DNA of 64,000 bases. It comes from Candidatus Niyogibacteria bacterium (GTDB lineage: Bacteria > Patescibacteriota > Minisyncoccia > HO2-45-28). This document shows, piece by piece, positions 20,399 to 29,837 of this stretch (positions are counted from its first letter, which is position 1; each line of letters opens with the position of its first letter). The notes beneath the pieces were generated by a model. That model did no database searches, was not told the DNA's origin, and saw only the letters and a program-made list of their open reading frames with translations. The position numbers were made by a program, and so were the translations under genes. Location of the stretch: contig JACOYI010000003.1 of NCBI GenBank assembly GCA_016181935.1, positions 35,741 to 99,740 of the forward strand, given 5' to 3'.

Positions 20399-20420
20399 AC
20401 AACTAAAACACGTTTTTTGT

Positions 20421-20455
20421 GCGCGCGGTAGTTGACCGCGCGCTTTGATTTTTTA
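20421..20455 (+). terminator. rho-independent terminator GCGCGCGG-TAGTTGA-CCGCGCGC plus TTTGATTTTTT
   Basis: Perfect 8-bp GC stem and a T-run directly after the ftsH stop. Confidence 0.75.
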
Positions 20456-20494
20456 ACGCTGAAAGCAACCCCCTGTTCTTTCAAAAGAGGTTCG

Positions 20495-21802
20495 ATGATC
20501 CACCTGGGAACCGATCCAGATGTGCTTTCAGATGCGGCTCGGGTCATGTTGCGGCGCCTCGATGCGCCAAAGCGGAAGACGGATATTCCAGTCCCGCCCC
20601 TGATCGCGGAATTTTTCGGTATGCATAAAGCCGGAAAAGACACGCAATTGGTGGAGGTCGACCGATGGGCCAAACGGAATGGTTTTAATGCATTTATCGA
20701 GCGAGAGTCCGCAGAAGCCGACGAAATCCGCCGGTTCCCGCGCGATAATCCGTACGTTTATGAGATGAGGCATTTTACCTACGCGTTTAAGGCGCTGCTC
20801 GATGCGTTCGGAAGCCGCGATTATCATTTTGTGGCATTGAATCGCGGCATTGTGGATACGCTCGTGTGGCTCGAGGTGGGGCGGCACCAGCAAAAAATCA
20901 CGGAAGAAGCGCAGGCGGCCGCCAAACAGCTGATCTTGGGAGGGCCGTGGCTTGCCAGCGTTGACGCATTTTTTTATCTCACCTGCAGCGTTGAAAAGGC
21001 GCTCGAAAGGGAATATGGGACGACAACCGGAGCCATCAAATACGGCTCACGGATGAACCCGCCCATGCTTGCATTGATGCACGGGTGCCTGGAAAGCGTG
21101 TATCAGGAATTACGCGAGACATTTCCCCAGCTTCCGATCTGCCGGATCGACACGACCAAAAAAACCATCGCTGACGTACGCGACGAGATCCTCTCATTTC
21201 TTTTGAGTTCCGCGATGGAACGCCGGCGTCTGGAGGAAACGGACGTTCTGCCGTGGTGCGGAGCGCTTCTGCGCGAGAAAGCGCGGATGGCGGGTCCGGA
21301 GATCAAATTCCGTCGGGCGGTTTCGCATGATGCGCTCCGGAGTAACGGGTGGCAGATGCAGGGCGTGACGCTGGAAGAGGACATTTTTCTCAAGCCCCGA
21401 AATCAGGAATTGCAAGGCAACGAATGTTTTCATTTGCGCCGGTCGGGCGAACGATGGTATTTCGTGTACAAGCGGGAAGGAGCGGACTCGCGGCATTGGG
21501 CGAAAATCCACATTCCAGTTTCGCAGGAGGGCGCTGCTGAAATTCTTGAGGTATTCGAGCGGGTTGCGGTGGTCAAAAAACGGCGGGAGATCTTCACGCG
21601 CGACCACTTCATCTTGAATCGGGATGACGTGGAGGGGCTCGGCGCATTTACGGAGGTGAAATCGTCAAAACCCACGGATGAGGACCGGCTGTTACGGGCG
21701 GCTCGCAAGCTTGGCTTGGAGGACGGCGACATCCTGCCGGAAAGTTATGTGAATTTGCAAAGAAAAATGGCCGGCGCCGCGCCGATAGCGCAAGCGGTCT
21801 GA
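20495..21802 (+). CDS. P-loop kinase-like N-terminal domain fused to a C-terminal CYTH (CyaB/thiamine triphosphatase-like) domain; hypothetical
   Basis: GMHKAGKDTQ is a Walker A-like loop. The C-terminus FHLRRSGERWYFVYK...VVKKRREIFTRDHFILNRDDVEGLGAFTEVKS matches the second half of CYTH domains. Confidence 0.5.
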   Translation: MIHLGTDPDVLSDAARVMLRRLDAPKRKTDIPVPPLIAEFFGMHKAGKDTQLVEVDRWAKRNGFNAFIERESAEADEIRRFPRDNPYVYEMRHFTYAFKALLDAFGSRDYHFVALNRGIVDTLVWLEVGRHQQKITEEAQAAAKQLILGGPWLASVDAFFYLTCSVEKALEREYGTTTGAIKYGSRMNPPMLALMHGCLESVYQELRETFPQLPICRIDTTKKTIADVRDEILSFLLSSAMERRRLEETDVLPWCGALLREKARMAGPEIKFRRAVSHDALRSNGWQMQGVTLEEDIFLKPRNQELQGNECFHLRRSGERWYFVYKREGADSRHWAKIHIPVSQEGAAEILEVFERVAVVKKRREIFTRDHFILNRDDVEGLGAFTEVKSSKPTDEDRLLRAARKLGLEDGDILPESYVNLQRKMAGAAPIAQAV

Positions 21803-21858
21803 TAATAGAGCCGCCAGCCCAAAGGCCGGCGGTTTTTCTTTTGTGCGTGCGCTTGGAT

Positions 21859-21904
21859 TCGCCCTATCATTCGATAGGGCGCCCCGTCGGATGACGGGGC
21901 GAAC
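21859..21904 (-). terminator. two tandem perfect 8-bp hairpins (GCCCTATC/GATAGGGC and GCCCCGTC/GACGGGGC) 3' of tRNA-Ile
   Basis: Located immediately downstream of the tRNA 3' end on the minus strand. Confidence 0.5.
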
Positions 21905-21914
21905 CTTTGCCGTG

Positions 21915-21986
21915 TGGGTGTGCTAGGATTCGAACCTAGAACCACGAAGGTATAAGCTTCGCGCTCTACCATTGAGCTACACACCC
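21915..21986 (-). tRNA. tRNA-Ile(UAU), hand-folded with anticodon UAU
   Basis: Acceptor GGGTGTG/CACACCC, D-arm GCTC-AATGGTA-GAGC, anticodon stem CGAAG/CTTCG with loop CTTATAC, T-loop TTCGAAT, discriminator A. Confidence 0.7.
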
Positions 21987-22035
21987 ATTTGCCTTGCTCC
22001 TCGCTCACTGCCAGCGATAAGCTCCGTGCTCCCTA

Positions 22036-22083
22036 CCTGCCTGCCTGCCGGCAGGCAGGTACCGATTGAGCTACGGGTGCGTT
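22036..22083 (-). other. tRNA 5'-half-like fragment (GCACCCGTAGCTCAATCGGTA) followed by a perfect palindrome CCTGCCTGCC/GGCAGGCAGG, upstream of tRNA-Ile
   Basis: Matches the acceptor and D-arm 5' strand of the adjacent tRNA but lacks the D-stem 3' strand. A candidate TTGACA -35 lies at 22133 to 22138 on the minus strand. Confidence 0.5.
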
Positions 22084-22218
22084 GAAACCGCCCTTATTCT
22101 AGCACTGTGTGGATAACTTTTCTATCCTATTTTGTCAACCCCCCGTATAATGACCATGTTATTGCTTTTATCTTTTTAAAGGTCGAGTTTGTATTATTCA
22201 ATGAATTTATAAGCGAAT

Positions 22219-22812
22219 ATGCAACCTTCCTTTAATAAATGGCTCCCGATCGCGTTGATGATCGGCGTGCTCGCCGGATTTTCGGTATGGCTGACCGTTG
22301 GCTGGCTTTCGGTGAACATCGCGGGGTGGCTGGGCGCCGTATGGGCTTTGTTTATCAGCTGGGGATTGTATTTTGCCGGAGGCGCCAAACTGTCGCGTCT
22401 TCACAAATATTTCTTCGGGCTGACCGGCGGCATCGTTTTCGGCTGGCTCACGCTTCTTGTTTACGGCTGGATTTTGGCCTATGTGGGTGATCCATGGGCA
22501 TTGCCATTGACGGTGTTTCTTGCCGCCACATCGATCGTGCTTCTTGAGCTGACGGATTGGTTCGAATATGCCCCCGCGTATTTTCTGACCTATGCGGGAT
22601 ATTTCGCGTTTGTGTTCGGTAATTTCGCGCCGGGGGCGACCGTCGAGATGGCGGCGATCTATTTCTGGATCCTTATCATGATCGGCGTCGGGTTCGGCAT
22701 CGTTTCCGCCGTCGTCAAAGACAAAATGTTCGATTGGATGCGTGTTCCTAAAAGTCAGCGTCAAACGGTATTTGATCGCGAAAACCGCGGAATGTACGGC
22801 TTGATGCAGTGA
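22219..22812 (+). CDS. integral membrane protein, hypothetical (W/G/F-rich, ~6 TM)
   Basis: Hydrophobic helices throughout. The overlapping 462-aa minus ORF is antisense junk. Confidence 0.6.
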   Translation: MQPSFNKWLPIALMIGVLAGFSVWLTVGWLSVNIAGWLGAVWALFISWGLYFAGGAKLSRLHKYFFGLTGGIVFGWLTLLVYGWILAYVGDPWALPLTVFLAATSIVLLELTDWFEYAPAYFLTYAGYFAFVFGNFAPGATVEMAAIYFWILIMIGVGFGIVSAVVKDKMFDWMRVPKSQRQTVFDRENRGMYGLMQ

Positions 22813-22834
22813 TTTTTTTGACGTCAAAACCGCC

Positions 22835-22874
22835 CCAAAGGTAGTCCTGCGGGTCAGAAACGGACTACCCTTGG
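22835..22874. repeat. REP-like palindromic element, copy 2 (opposite loop orientation)
   Basis: CCAAAGGTAGTCC-TGCGGGTCAGAAAC-GGACTACCCTTGG. An outer stem AAAACCG/CGGTTTT and a following T-run make it terminator-like. Confidence 0.8.
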
Positions 22875-22974
22875 GACGGTTTTTGATTTGCCCATCCACA
22901 ACTGTTATGAAAAGGCGCGAAGGTTTATTATAGAGAAGGAACGGAATTTGAAAATTTTTGCATGGAGGCGTGTC

Positions 22975-24996
22975 ATGCCCGAAAACAACCGATTCGATGT
23001 TGACCGCGCGATCACGGATGACGCCGAACGAAAAAAGGAAAAAGGCGCCCAAAAGCAGGAAATTCTGTTCGCTGAATATCTGAAGCGCGTTCAAGAAGAT
23101 CCGAAGATCGCCCAGAACGCCCATGCGCGGGTTTTGGAAACGGTCTTGGGCTTCAGCGTGGAGGATATTCCGGAAGCGGAGCGATGGTTGGGCGTCGAGA
23201 AGCGCTATTCTTTGATCGCATCCAAACTTTTCGGCATTGAAAAGCCGACCGAAGAGATCATGCGATACCTGGAGGCGGGCGCCGAAGGGCTTCCGATCGG
23301 CAAGCAAATTCTTTTGATCGTGGGTCCGACCGCGAGCGGAAAATCCACGTTCGTGAATATTCTCAAGCACGCGCTCGAACACTATCACGAGCGCCCGGTC
23401 TTTATGATCAAAGGGTGTCCCCTGTACGAAGAACCGCTTCATTTGCTGCCTCGTCATCTTCGGGATGAATTTTTCGAGAAAACGAGCATCCGGATCCGCG
23501 GGGATCTCTGTCCGCATTGCCGATATCGACTGATGGAAGAATACAAAGGAGAATGGGCGCGCGTGCCCATCGAAACGTTCACATTCTCGATCCAAGGAAC
23601 GCGCGGTATCGGGTCATTTGAGCCATCGGATGAAAAATCGTCCGATGTTTCCGAGCTCGTGGGCCGTGAGAATATCGCCATCAGTTCAAGAAAGGGCACG
23701 GATCATCCGTTGGCATATTCGCTTTCCGGAGAGTTGGAAAAAGCGAATCGCGGCATTTTCGAGGGGCGGGAGCTTATCAAGGCCGACGAAAAGCTTTTGT
23801 GGGTGTTGATCAGCGCCGCCGAAGAAGGGGAGATCAAAGTTCAGGGCTCAACGCTTCCCCATATTTCTGTTGATGTTTTGATGATCGGTCATACGAATCT
23901 TACGGAATACCGGAAATTCGCGGCGCGTCAGGAAAATGAAGCGCTGCACGACCGGATGTATGTGGTCACATTCCCGTATCTGTTGCGGGTCAAGGACGAG
24001 GTGGCGCTGTATCGCAAGCTCATTCGAAGCGAAAACGATTTCTCGGATCTTCGTAAATGCCATGTGGCGCCGGGAACGCTCGAAATGGCGGCGATCTTTG
24101 CGGTACTTTCGCGGCTTCTGGATTCGCAAATGGGCGTGGATGCGTTGACCAAACTCAAGCTCTATAACGGCGACAAAGCGCTCACCGAGATTCAGAACAA
24201 AGAAAAAATGCCGGTGGATCTGCGCGCGCTCATCGAAGAAGGTCAGGCATCGTCGGATATTTCCAAGCGCGAAGGCATGTTCGGCATCAGCCCCCGGGAC
24301 GTATTGGCTGCGCTCAACACGTCGCTGGTCGCTCAAAAAGGGAAAAACGGATGCTTAACGCCGCTTCGGGCGATCCGCGCGATCCGCGAGATCTTTGAGC
24401 ACCGGATGGGATATACGCCCGAGGAGATCGAGCGGTTCCGAACGCTCTTGTCTGCAGGAGAGGGCGGCAGCGTGATGACCGAGTATCATGATTTTGCGGT
24501 TCGAACCGTAAGCCGAGCGTTTTTGCACGCGTACGACGATCTTAAGCGGGACCTGTTCGGAAGGTATATCAACGAGATCGAATTTTACCGCGAAACGAAA
24601 CGAAAATTCGTTCGCGGTCAGACCCATGATATTCGCAGAGACGAGCTGACCGGAAAACCCAAAGAACCGGACACGAAGTTGATGCGGTCCGTGGAAGAGC
24701 AAATCCCGATCGTCGAATCGGAGGCGGAAGCATTTCGGGGCGAGATCTTGGAATTCAAAGCGGGGACTCCGAATTTTTCTTACGATACCTATCCGCCGCT
24801 TGCCCAAGCCATTGATAAAAAATTATTGCACGACAGCCGGTCGGTTTTGACGCTTGTTTTGGATCCCAACCGTCCTCGCGGCGATGAAGAAAAAAAGCGG
24901 GTTGGAGATCTTTTTAACGCGCTAAAAATGCGTGAGCATTGCGAGGTTTGCGCTCGGGAATTGGTGGAAAAGGCCAGTGAATTTTTGAGGGAATAG
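22975..24996 (+). CDS. prkA: PrkA family serine protein kinase (AAA ATPase-like)
   Basis: GGAGG RBS 6 nt upstream. Walker A LLIVGPTASGKSTFV. Length and domain order match PrkA/YeaG. Confidence 0.85.
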   Translation: MPENNRFDVDRAITDDAERKKEKGAQKQEILFAEYLKRVQEDPKIAQNAHARVLETVLGFSVEDIPEAERWLGVEKRYSLIASKLFGIEKPTEEIMRYLEAGAEGLPIGKQILLIVGPTASGKSTFVNILKHALEHYHERPVFMIKGCPLYEEPLHLLPRHLRDEFFEKTSIRIRGDLCPHCRYRLMEEYKGEWARVPIETFTFSIQGTRGIGSFEPSDEKSSDVSELVGRENIAISSRKGTDHPLAYSLSGELEKANRGIFEGRELIKADEKLLWVLISAAEEGEIKVQGSTLPHISVDVLMIGHTNLTEYRKFAARQENEALHDRMYVVTFPYLLRVKDEVALYRKLIRSENDFSDLRKCHVAPGTLEMAAIFAVLSRLLDSQMGVDALTKLKLYNGDKALTEIQNKEKMPVDLRALIEEGQASSDISKREGMFGISPRDVLAALNTSLVAQKGKNGCLTPLRAIRAIREIFEHRMGYTPEEIERFRTLLSAGEGGSVMTEYHDFAVRTVSRAFLHAYDDLKRDLFGRYINEIEFYRETKRKFVRGQTHDIRRDELTGKPKEPDTKLMRSVEEQIPIVESEAEAFRGEILEFKAGTPNFSYDTYPPLAQAIDKKLLHDSRSVLTLVLDPNRPRGDEEKKRVGDLFNALKMREHCEVCARELVEKASEFLRE

Positions 24997-25083
24997 TGTT
25001 ATTGCCCAGCCCAGTAGGACTGGGCTTTTGTTTTCGCGGTATAATCAAGGCGAAGCGCATTTTGACAACACCTAGAGGTTCCG

Positions 25084-26394
25084 ATGCCGATCATCCGTTC
25101 CGATCCGGTCGCGCAGAAAGGAAAAAAGGACGCCGCGCGGCACCGCGAGAAACAAAAAGACGCCATTCGAAGACAATTGCCCGAGATCATTGCGAGGGAA
25201 TCCATTATCACGTCGAAAAAAGGAAAGATCGTGAAAGTTCCCATTCGTATCATGGATATTCCGCATTTTCGCCCCGCACAAGGTTCTGCGGGTGCGGGAG
25301 TCGGACAAGGGAAGGGAAAAGCCGGGGGTGTTATCGGTCGGCGTCCCGGAACCGGAAAACCGGGCGAGGCGGGAGACCGTCCGGGCGAGGAATATCTGGA
25401 AACAGAGATCGAAATGGAGGAATTGATCGAAATGATGATCGAAGACCTCGGCCTTCCGCGGCTGGAAGAGCGGAAGGGCGAAGGAATGGTCGCCGAAACC
25501 CGATTTAAGATCCGCGGCATTCAGAAAACAGGTCCGTGGGTGCTTTTGGATAAACGAAGGAGCGCCCGGGAGGGGTTGCGCCGGTTTTGGGAATTTTTGC
25601 ATTATCTTGTCAAGGAAACCGGCCGCGATGAGCTCGCCTGTTTTGATGCGCTCGAGCAGACGGATGGTATCCTTGCCGACGCGTTGGAATTGCTGAAAAG
25701 CGGCGCCTATGCGCCGATCCATACGGTTTTTGAGCCGTTTCCGATCTTCTATCCCGACGATCTCCGGTTTTTGGAACAGAAAAAGGACATAGAGTATCAT
25801 TCGCAAGCCGTGGTGTTCGCCCTGATGGATACGTCGGGCTCCATGACGGACAAAAAAAAATATCTTGCGCGCTCGGCGCTTTTTTGGCTCGCGGCATTTT
25901 TGCGAACGATCTACGAGCGGGTCGAGATCCGGTTCATCATTCACGATGCCCGAGCCGAGGTCGTAGAGGAGGAGGAATTTTTCAAGAAAGTACTGGGCGG
26001 CGGAACGCGCGCGTGGACCGCGTACGAACTTGCCGGAGGACTTATGGATTCCGAATATCCGGTATCGGAGTGGAATATCTATTTATGGCATTTTTCGGAC
26101 GGGGAAGATTTTGAACCCGCGCGCGCGGCTCTCGAAGCGAAGAAACTGATCGAACGCGGCATTTCCATGTTCGGGTATGGCGAGATCGAACCGAGCAGCA
26201 GCCATTCCGATTCGGCGCTGCTCGCGGCCTTCAAGGAAATACTGGATGTTCAGGTTCACTGGAAAGAGGGGTTCATGGTGGTCGCAGGGCGGGACATGCC
26301 ATTTCTTGCGGTCGCGATCCAGAAAAAGGAGCACGTTCATTTGGCGCTTCGCGAATTTCTGGACAAAGAGAGGTGGGGCCATGCAACGAAGTGA
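25084..26394 (+). CDS. yhbH: YhbH/YeaH family protein (DUF444, vWA-like)
   Basis: Start MPIIRSDP.... Glycine-rich segment GQGKGKAGG. Conserved position in the prkA-yhbH-spoVR triad. Confidence 0.8.
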   Translation: MPIIRSDPVAQKGKKDAARHREKQKDAIRRQLPEIIARESIITSKKGKIVKVPIRIMDIPHFRPAQGSAGAGVGQGKGKAGGVIGRRPGTGKPGEAGDRPGEEYLETEIEMEELIEMMIEDLGLPRLEERKGEGMVAETRFKIRGIQKTGPWVLLDKRRSAREGLRRFWEFLHYLVKETGRDELACFDALEQTDGILADALELLKSGAYAPIHTVFEPFPIFYPDDLRFLEQKKDIEYHSQAVVFALMDTSGSMTDKKKYLARSALFWLAAFLRTIYERVEIRFIIHDARAEVVEEEEFFKKVLGGGTRAWTAYELAGGLMDSEYPVSEWNIYLWHFSDGEDFEPARAALEAKKLIERGISMFGYGEIEPSSSHSDSALLAAFKEILDVQVHWKEGFMVVAGRDMPFLAVAIQKKEHVHLALREFLDKERWGHATK

Positions 26395-27919
26395 CGTAAA
26401 GCGATTGGAAACCGTTGAGCGCCGGAGCCGCGAGATCGCCGAAGAGTTCGGACTTTCCACGACCGATGTCATGTTCGAAATCGTGTCGAGCCAGCAGATG
26501 CTCGAAGGGATGGCGTATCGGTTTCCGACCAATTTTTCCCATTGGACGTTCGGACGGGATTACGAACGCCAGCGCACGATCTATGAACATACGGGCGGCG
26601 GCCTTCCCTACGAGGTCGTGTGGAATTTTGAGGTGCCACGGGCGTTTTTGATGGAATCGAATCCATTCGCATTGAATGCGCTCGTCATCGCGCATGTGTG
26701 GGGGCATGTGGATTTTTTTCTGGAGAGCCGGTATCTCCAGCGCGGCCGCGCTTTTTCCGACATTGCCGGAGAAGCGCGAAGCGCCGCCGAGCGGTTTCGC
26801 GGCTATGAAGAGCGGTATGGAAAAGAAAACATGGAAAAATTCATTGACGCGGCCATGTCCATTGAGTGGCATCAGCATCCGGATCCCTTTTTTGAGGAGC
26901 CGGATGAAGAAGAAATGCGTGAGCGGCTGATCCAGCGAGAACGCGCAATGCTCGAACGCACGCGCGATATTCATTCCCAGTTCAAAAAACCGGAAACGAA
27001 AGCCGAGATCCGTGAGATCGAAAAACGCCTGAAACGTCTGTCACGCAAAACTCCGCCTGGGCCGGTATACGACCTCTTGTGGTATATCACCCGGAAATCT
27101 CCTCTGCCGCTCGAACCGTGGCAGCAGGATGTGTTGTCGGTGGTCCGCAGTCAGGCGCGCGCACTTTCTCCCAACCGCAAGACCAAAATGCTGAACGAGG
27201 GATGGGCGACCTATTGGCATGTCCGGATCATGCGGCGGCTGTTCGAGGAAGGGATACTGGACGCAAAAGAGCACGGCATTTTTTCGGATTTCCATGCGAA
27301 GGTCACGCGTCCTCTGCGCCGCGATTTCAATTGGTACGCGATCGGGCCGGCGCTTTACGAATATGTACGCGAGCGGTGGGATCGCGGGCAATTCGGGCTC
27401 GAATTCGAGGAATGCGGCGATTCCGCAAAAAGAGCGTACTGGGATACGAAAGTAGGCAAGGGGCGGGAGAAAATATTCGAACTGCGGTCGTTTTACACCG
27501 ATCGCATGGCCATTGAGCATTTCTTTGATGCGGATTTCATCCGTCGCAACGATCTGTATCTTTATACGGAGACCGTGGATCCGCAAAATGGGGACATTGT
27601 GGATGTCATTGCGGAAAAGGATCCTGAAACGATCCGGCGCATGTTGAAACACGCCTTTGTTCATTACGGGACGCCCGTGATCCGCGTGGAGGACGGGAAT
27701 CATAATCAGCGCAGCGAACTCTATTTGGTGCATGAATTCGACGGATTCGAATTGGATCCGGCGTATCGCGACCGGACGCTCGAAAATATCCATGAACTTT
27801 GGGGACGCGCCGTGCATCTGGAAACGGTCATTCAGGGAAAGCGGACGCTTTGCACGTATAACGGAAGAAGCGTCTCGACGGATACGGGTTCTTCGGCCGA
27901 CGGATTGATGGAATTATGA
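26381..27919 (+). CDS. spoVR: SpoVR/YcgB family protein
   Basis: Start MQRSDVKRLE overlaps the yhbH end by 14 nt. SpoVR-like length. Followed by a terminator. Confidence 0.8.
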   Translation: MQRSDVKRLETVERRSREIAEEFGLSTTDVMFEIVSSQQMLEGMAYRFPTNFSHWTFGRDYERQRTIYEHTGGGLPYEVVWNFEVPRAFLMESNPFALNALVIAHVWGHVDFFLESRYLQRGRAFSDIAGEARSAAERFRGYEERYGKENMEKFIDAAMSIEWHQHPDPFFEEPDEEEMRERLIQRERAMLERTRDIHSQFKKPETKAEIREIEKRLKRLSRKTPPGPVYDLLWYITRKSPLPLEPWQQDVLSVVRSQARALSPNRKTKMLNEGWATYWHVRIMRRLFEEGILDAKEHGIFSDFHAKVTRPLRRDFNWYAIGPALYEYVRERWDRGQFGLEFEECGDSAKRAYWDTKVGKGREKIFELRSFYTDRMAIEHFFDADFIRRNDLYLYTETVDPQNGDIVDVIAEKDPETIRRMLKHAFVHYGTPVIRVEDGNHNQRSELYLVHEFDGFELDPAYRDRTLENIHELWGRAVHLETVIQGKRTLCTYNGRSVSTDTGSSADGLMEL

Positions 27920-27931
27920 CGTGAGTATCAA

Positions 27932-27961
27932 AGCTCCGCCTTCGCGGCGGGGCTTTTTTTC
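27932..27961 (+). terminator. rho-independent terminator AGCTCCGCC-TTCGC-GGCGGGGCT plus TTTTTTT
   Basis: 9-bp stem with one G-U pair and a 7-T run after the spoVR stop. Confidence 0.75.
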
Positions 27962-27987
27962 TTGACGCAGGCGCGTATAATGGTGGC

Positions 27988-29505
27988 GTGACACAGCCGT
28001 ATTTGCATATCGGGAATTTCCGCAACCTCACGGGCCGCGACCGTCTGCTCTATCGCCTATTTGAAATCATTCCCGCGTTTTTGTCGTGGGGCACGCTCGC
28101 GGGCGTTGTTTTTTTGTCGGAAGTCTGGCCCGCCGGCATCGCGGTTTTCATCATCCTGTTCGACCTGTATTGGCTTATCAAGACGATGTATTTATCGCTG
28201 CATTTGCGCGCGAACTGGAGACGGCTCGAGAATTTTCAGGCGATGGACTGGGAGGCGCGCCTGAAAAATGTGAGATGGGATCATGTGCGCCAACTGGTGA
28301 TCTTGCCGCTTTCGCGCGAAGGGTGGGAGGTGGTGGACGCGACACTGCATTCACTTGCGAATTCAAAATGGCCTCAGGAGCGCCTGATGGTCGTGCTGGC
28401 ATGCGAGGAGAGGGCGCGCGATACGGCGGAAGCGGTGGCAAAAAAAGCGGAGGAAAAATACGGCGCTCTGTTCCGGCATTTTTTGGTCACATGGCATCCG
28501 GCGGGGCTCACGGGCGAAGTCGCGGGCAAGGGCTCGAATATCACGTGGGCCGCTAAAGAAGCGCAAAAGCTCATCGATGCCGAAAAAATTCCGTATGAGG
28601 ATATTCTGGTCTCGGCTTTCGACGTCGACACGCAGGCGGGGCCGCAGTATTTTTTGTGCCTTGCGTATCACTTTTTGACGGCGGAGAAACCGCATCGCTC
28701 GAGCTATCAACCGGTGCCGCTCTATAACAACAACATCTGGAGAGCTCCGGCCGCATCGCGGGTCGTTGCGACCTCGGGCACGTTTTGGCAGATGATGCAG
28801 CAGGAACGGCCCGAACGCCTGTCCACGTTTTCGTCGCACTCGATGAGCTTCAAAATGCTTGCGGATGTCGGCTTCTGGCAGACCAACGTCGTATCCGAGG
28901 ATTCGCGGATCTTCTGGAATGCGCTCCTGCATTATGACGGCGATTACCGCGTGGTGCCGATGGCATTTCCGGTTTCGATGGATGCGAACGTCGGGCGCAA
29001 TGTATGGGAAACCATGAAGCAGGTGTACAAGCAGCAGCGCCGCTGGACGTGGGGGGTCGAAAACGTTCCGTATCTTTTTTACGGATTTTGGAAAAATAAA
29101 AAAATCCCATTCCGGACAAAGGCCTTCCATGTCGCGACGCAGCTCGAAGGATTTTGGGGGCTTGCGACCAACCCCATTCTGATCTTTTTGCTGGGATGGC
29201 TTCCGTTGATGATGGGCGGCCCCGAATTCAACGCGACGCTATTATCGTACAATTTGCCGCGTATCACGCGGTTGTTGATGACCGTGGCGATGCTTGGTCT
29301 TTTCACGTCCGCCGTCATTTCAACGCGGCTCTTGCCGCCGCGTCCGGCGGGATATGGTAAATGGCGCCACATCAGCATGATATTCCAGTGGCTGTTGATA
29401 CCGGTTACGATCGTGGTGTTCGGCGCGATCCCCGGGCTCGATGCGCAATTACGTCTCGCGCTTGGCCGCCCGCTCGGTTTTTGGGTGACACCGAAGCGAC
29501 GCTAG
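27988..29505 (+). CDS. family 2 processive glycosyltransferase (cellulose/PNAG synthase-like) with TM helices
   Basis: QQRRWTWG is a QxxRW motif. DVDT-like and ED motifs are present. N- and C-terminal TM segments. The start codon is GTG. Confidence 0.8.
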   Translation: MTQPYLHIGNFRNLTGRDRLLYRLFEIIPAFLSWGTLAGVVFLSEVWPAGIAVFIILFDLYWLIKTMYLSLHLRANWRRLENFQAMDWEARLKNVRWDHVRQLVILPLSREGWEVVDATLHSLANSKWPQERLMVVLACEERARDTAEAVAKKAEEKYGALFRHFLVTWHPAGLTGEVAGKGSNITWAAKEAQKLIDAEKIPYEDILVSAFDVDTQAGPQYFLCLAYHFLTAEKPHRSSYQPVPLYNNNIWRAPAASRVVATSGTFWQMMQQERPERLSTFSSHSMSFKMLADVGFWQTNVVSEDSRIFWNALLHYDGDYRVVPMAFPVSMDANVGRNVWETMKQVYKQQRRWTWGVENVPYLFYGFWKNKKIPFRTKAFHVATQLEGFWGLATNPILIFLLGWLPLMMGGPEFNATLLSYNLPRITRLLMTVAMLGLFTSAVISTRLLPPRPAGYGKWRHISMIFQWLLIPVTIVVFGAIPGLDAQLRLALGRPLGFWVTPKRR

Positions 29506-29579
29506 CGCTACAACGTTTTTTGTTATACGTTAAAAGGAGAAATTGAAACGGTGAATTTCAGTATAAGGGAGGTTGACCG

Positions 29580-29786
29580 ATGCCGCGACACAAACATTCC
29601 GCTGGAATGTCGGAATCCGAATACCGTCGCAGGGCCAAGCGCGACTTGCCCGGTCTTATCCGGATGGGCATAAAGGCGGCGAAAAAGCTTTTTGGCGATC
29701 AGTACCTCGAATCGATCAATGAATTGGCCGATCGAGATAAGCCGGTTTCCGCTCGGAAGCAAAAAATACCGACTGGTAAGTCGTAG
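29580..29786 (+). CDS. small basic hypothetical protein (68 aa)
   Basis: Strong RBS GGGAGG upstream. Immediately followed by a perfect terminator. Confidence 0.5.
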   Translation: MPRHKHSAGMSESEYRRRAKRDLPGLIRMGIKAAKKLFGDQYLESINELADRDKPVSARKQKIPTGKS

Positions 29787-29799
29787 AACAAGGACTCGC

Positions 29800-29830
29800 G
29801 AGCCGACTTCTGTCGGCTCATTTTTTATTA
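29800..29830. terminator. bidirectional rho-independent terminator GAGCCGAC-TTCT-GTCGGCTC plus TTTTTT
   Basis: Perfect 8-bp stem shared by the small plus-strand ORF and convergent recG. Confidence 0.8.
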
Positions 29831-29837
29831 TTTCAAC

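Noticed and set aside
22207-23595. 462-aa minus-strand ORF
   Set aside because: Overlaps both the plus-strand membrane protein and prkA, reads through the REP element, and has no motifs. The plus-strand genes have RBSs and recognisable domains.
27962-27990. TTGACG...TATAAT upstream of the GT2 gene as a sigma70 promoter
   Set aside because: The spacer between the hexamers is only 8 nt, so the pair cannot function as drawn. The promoter was left unannotated.
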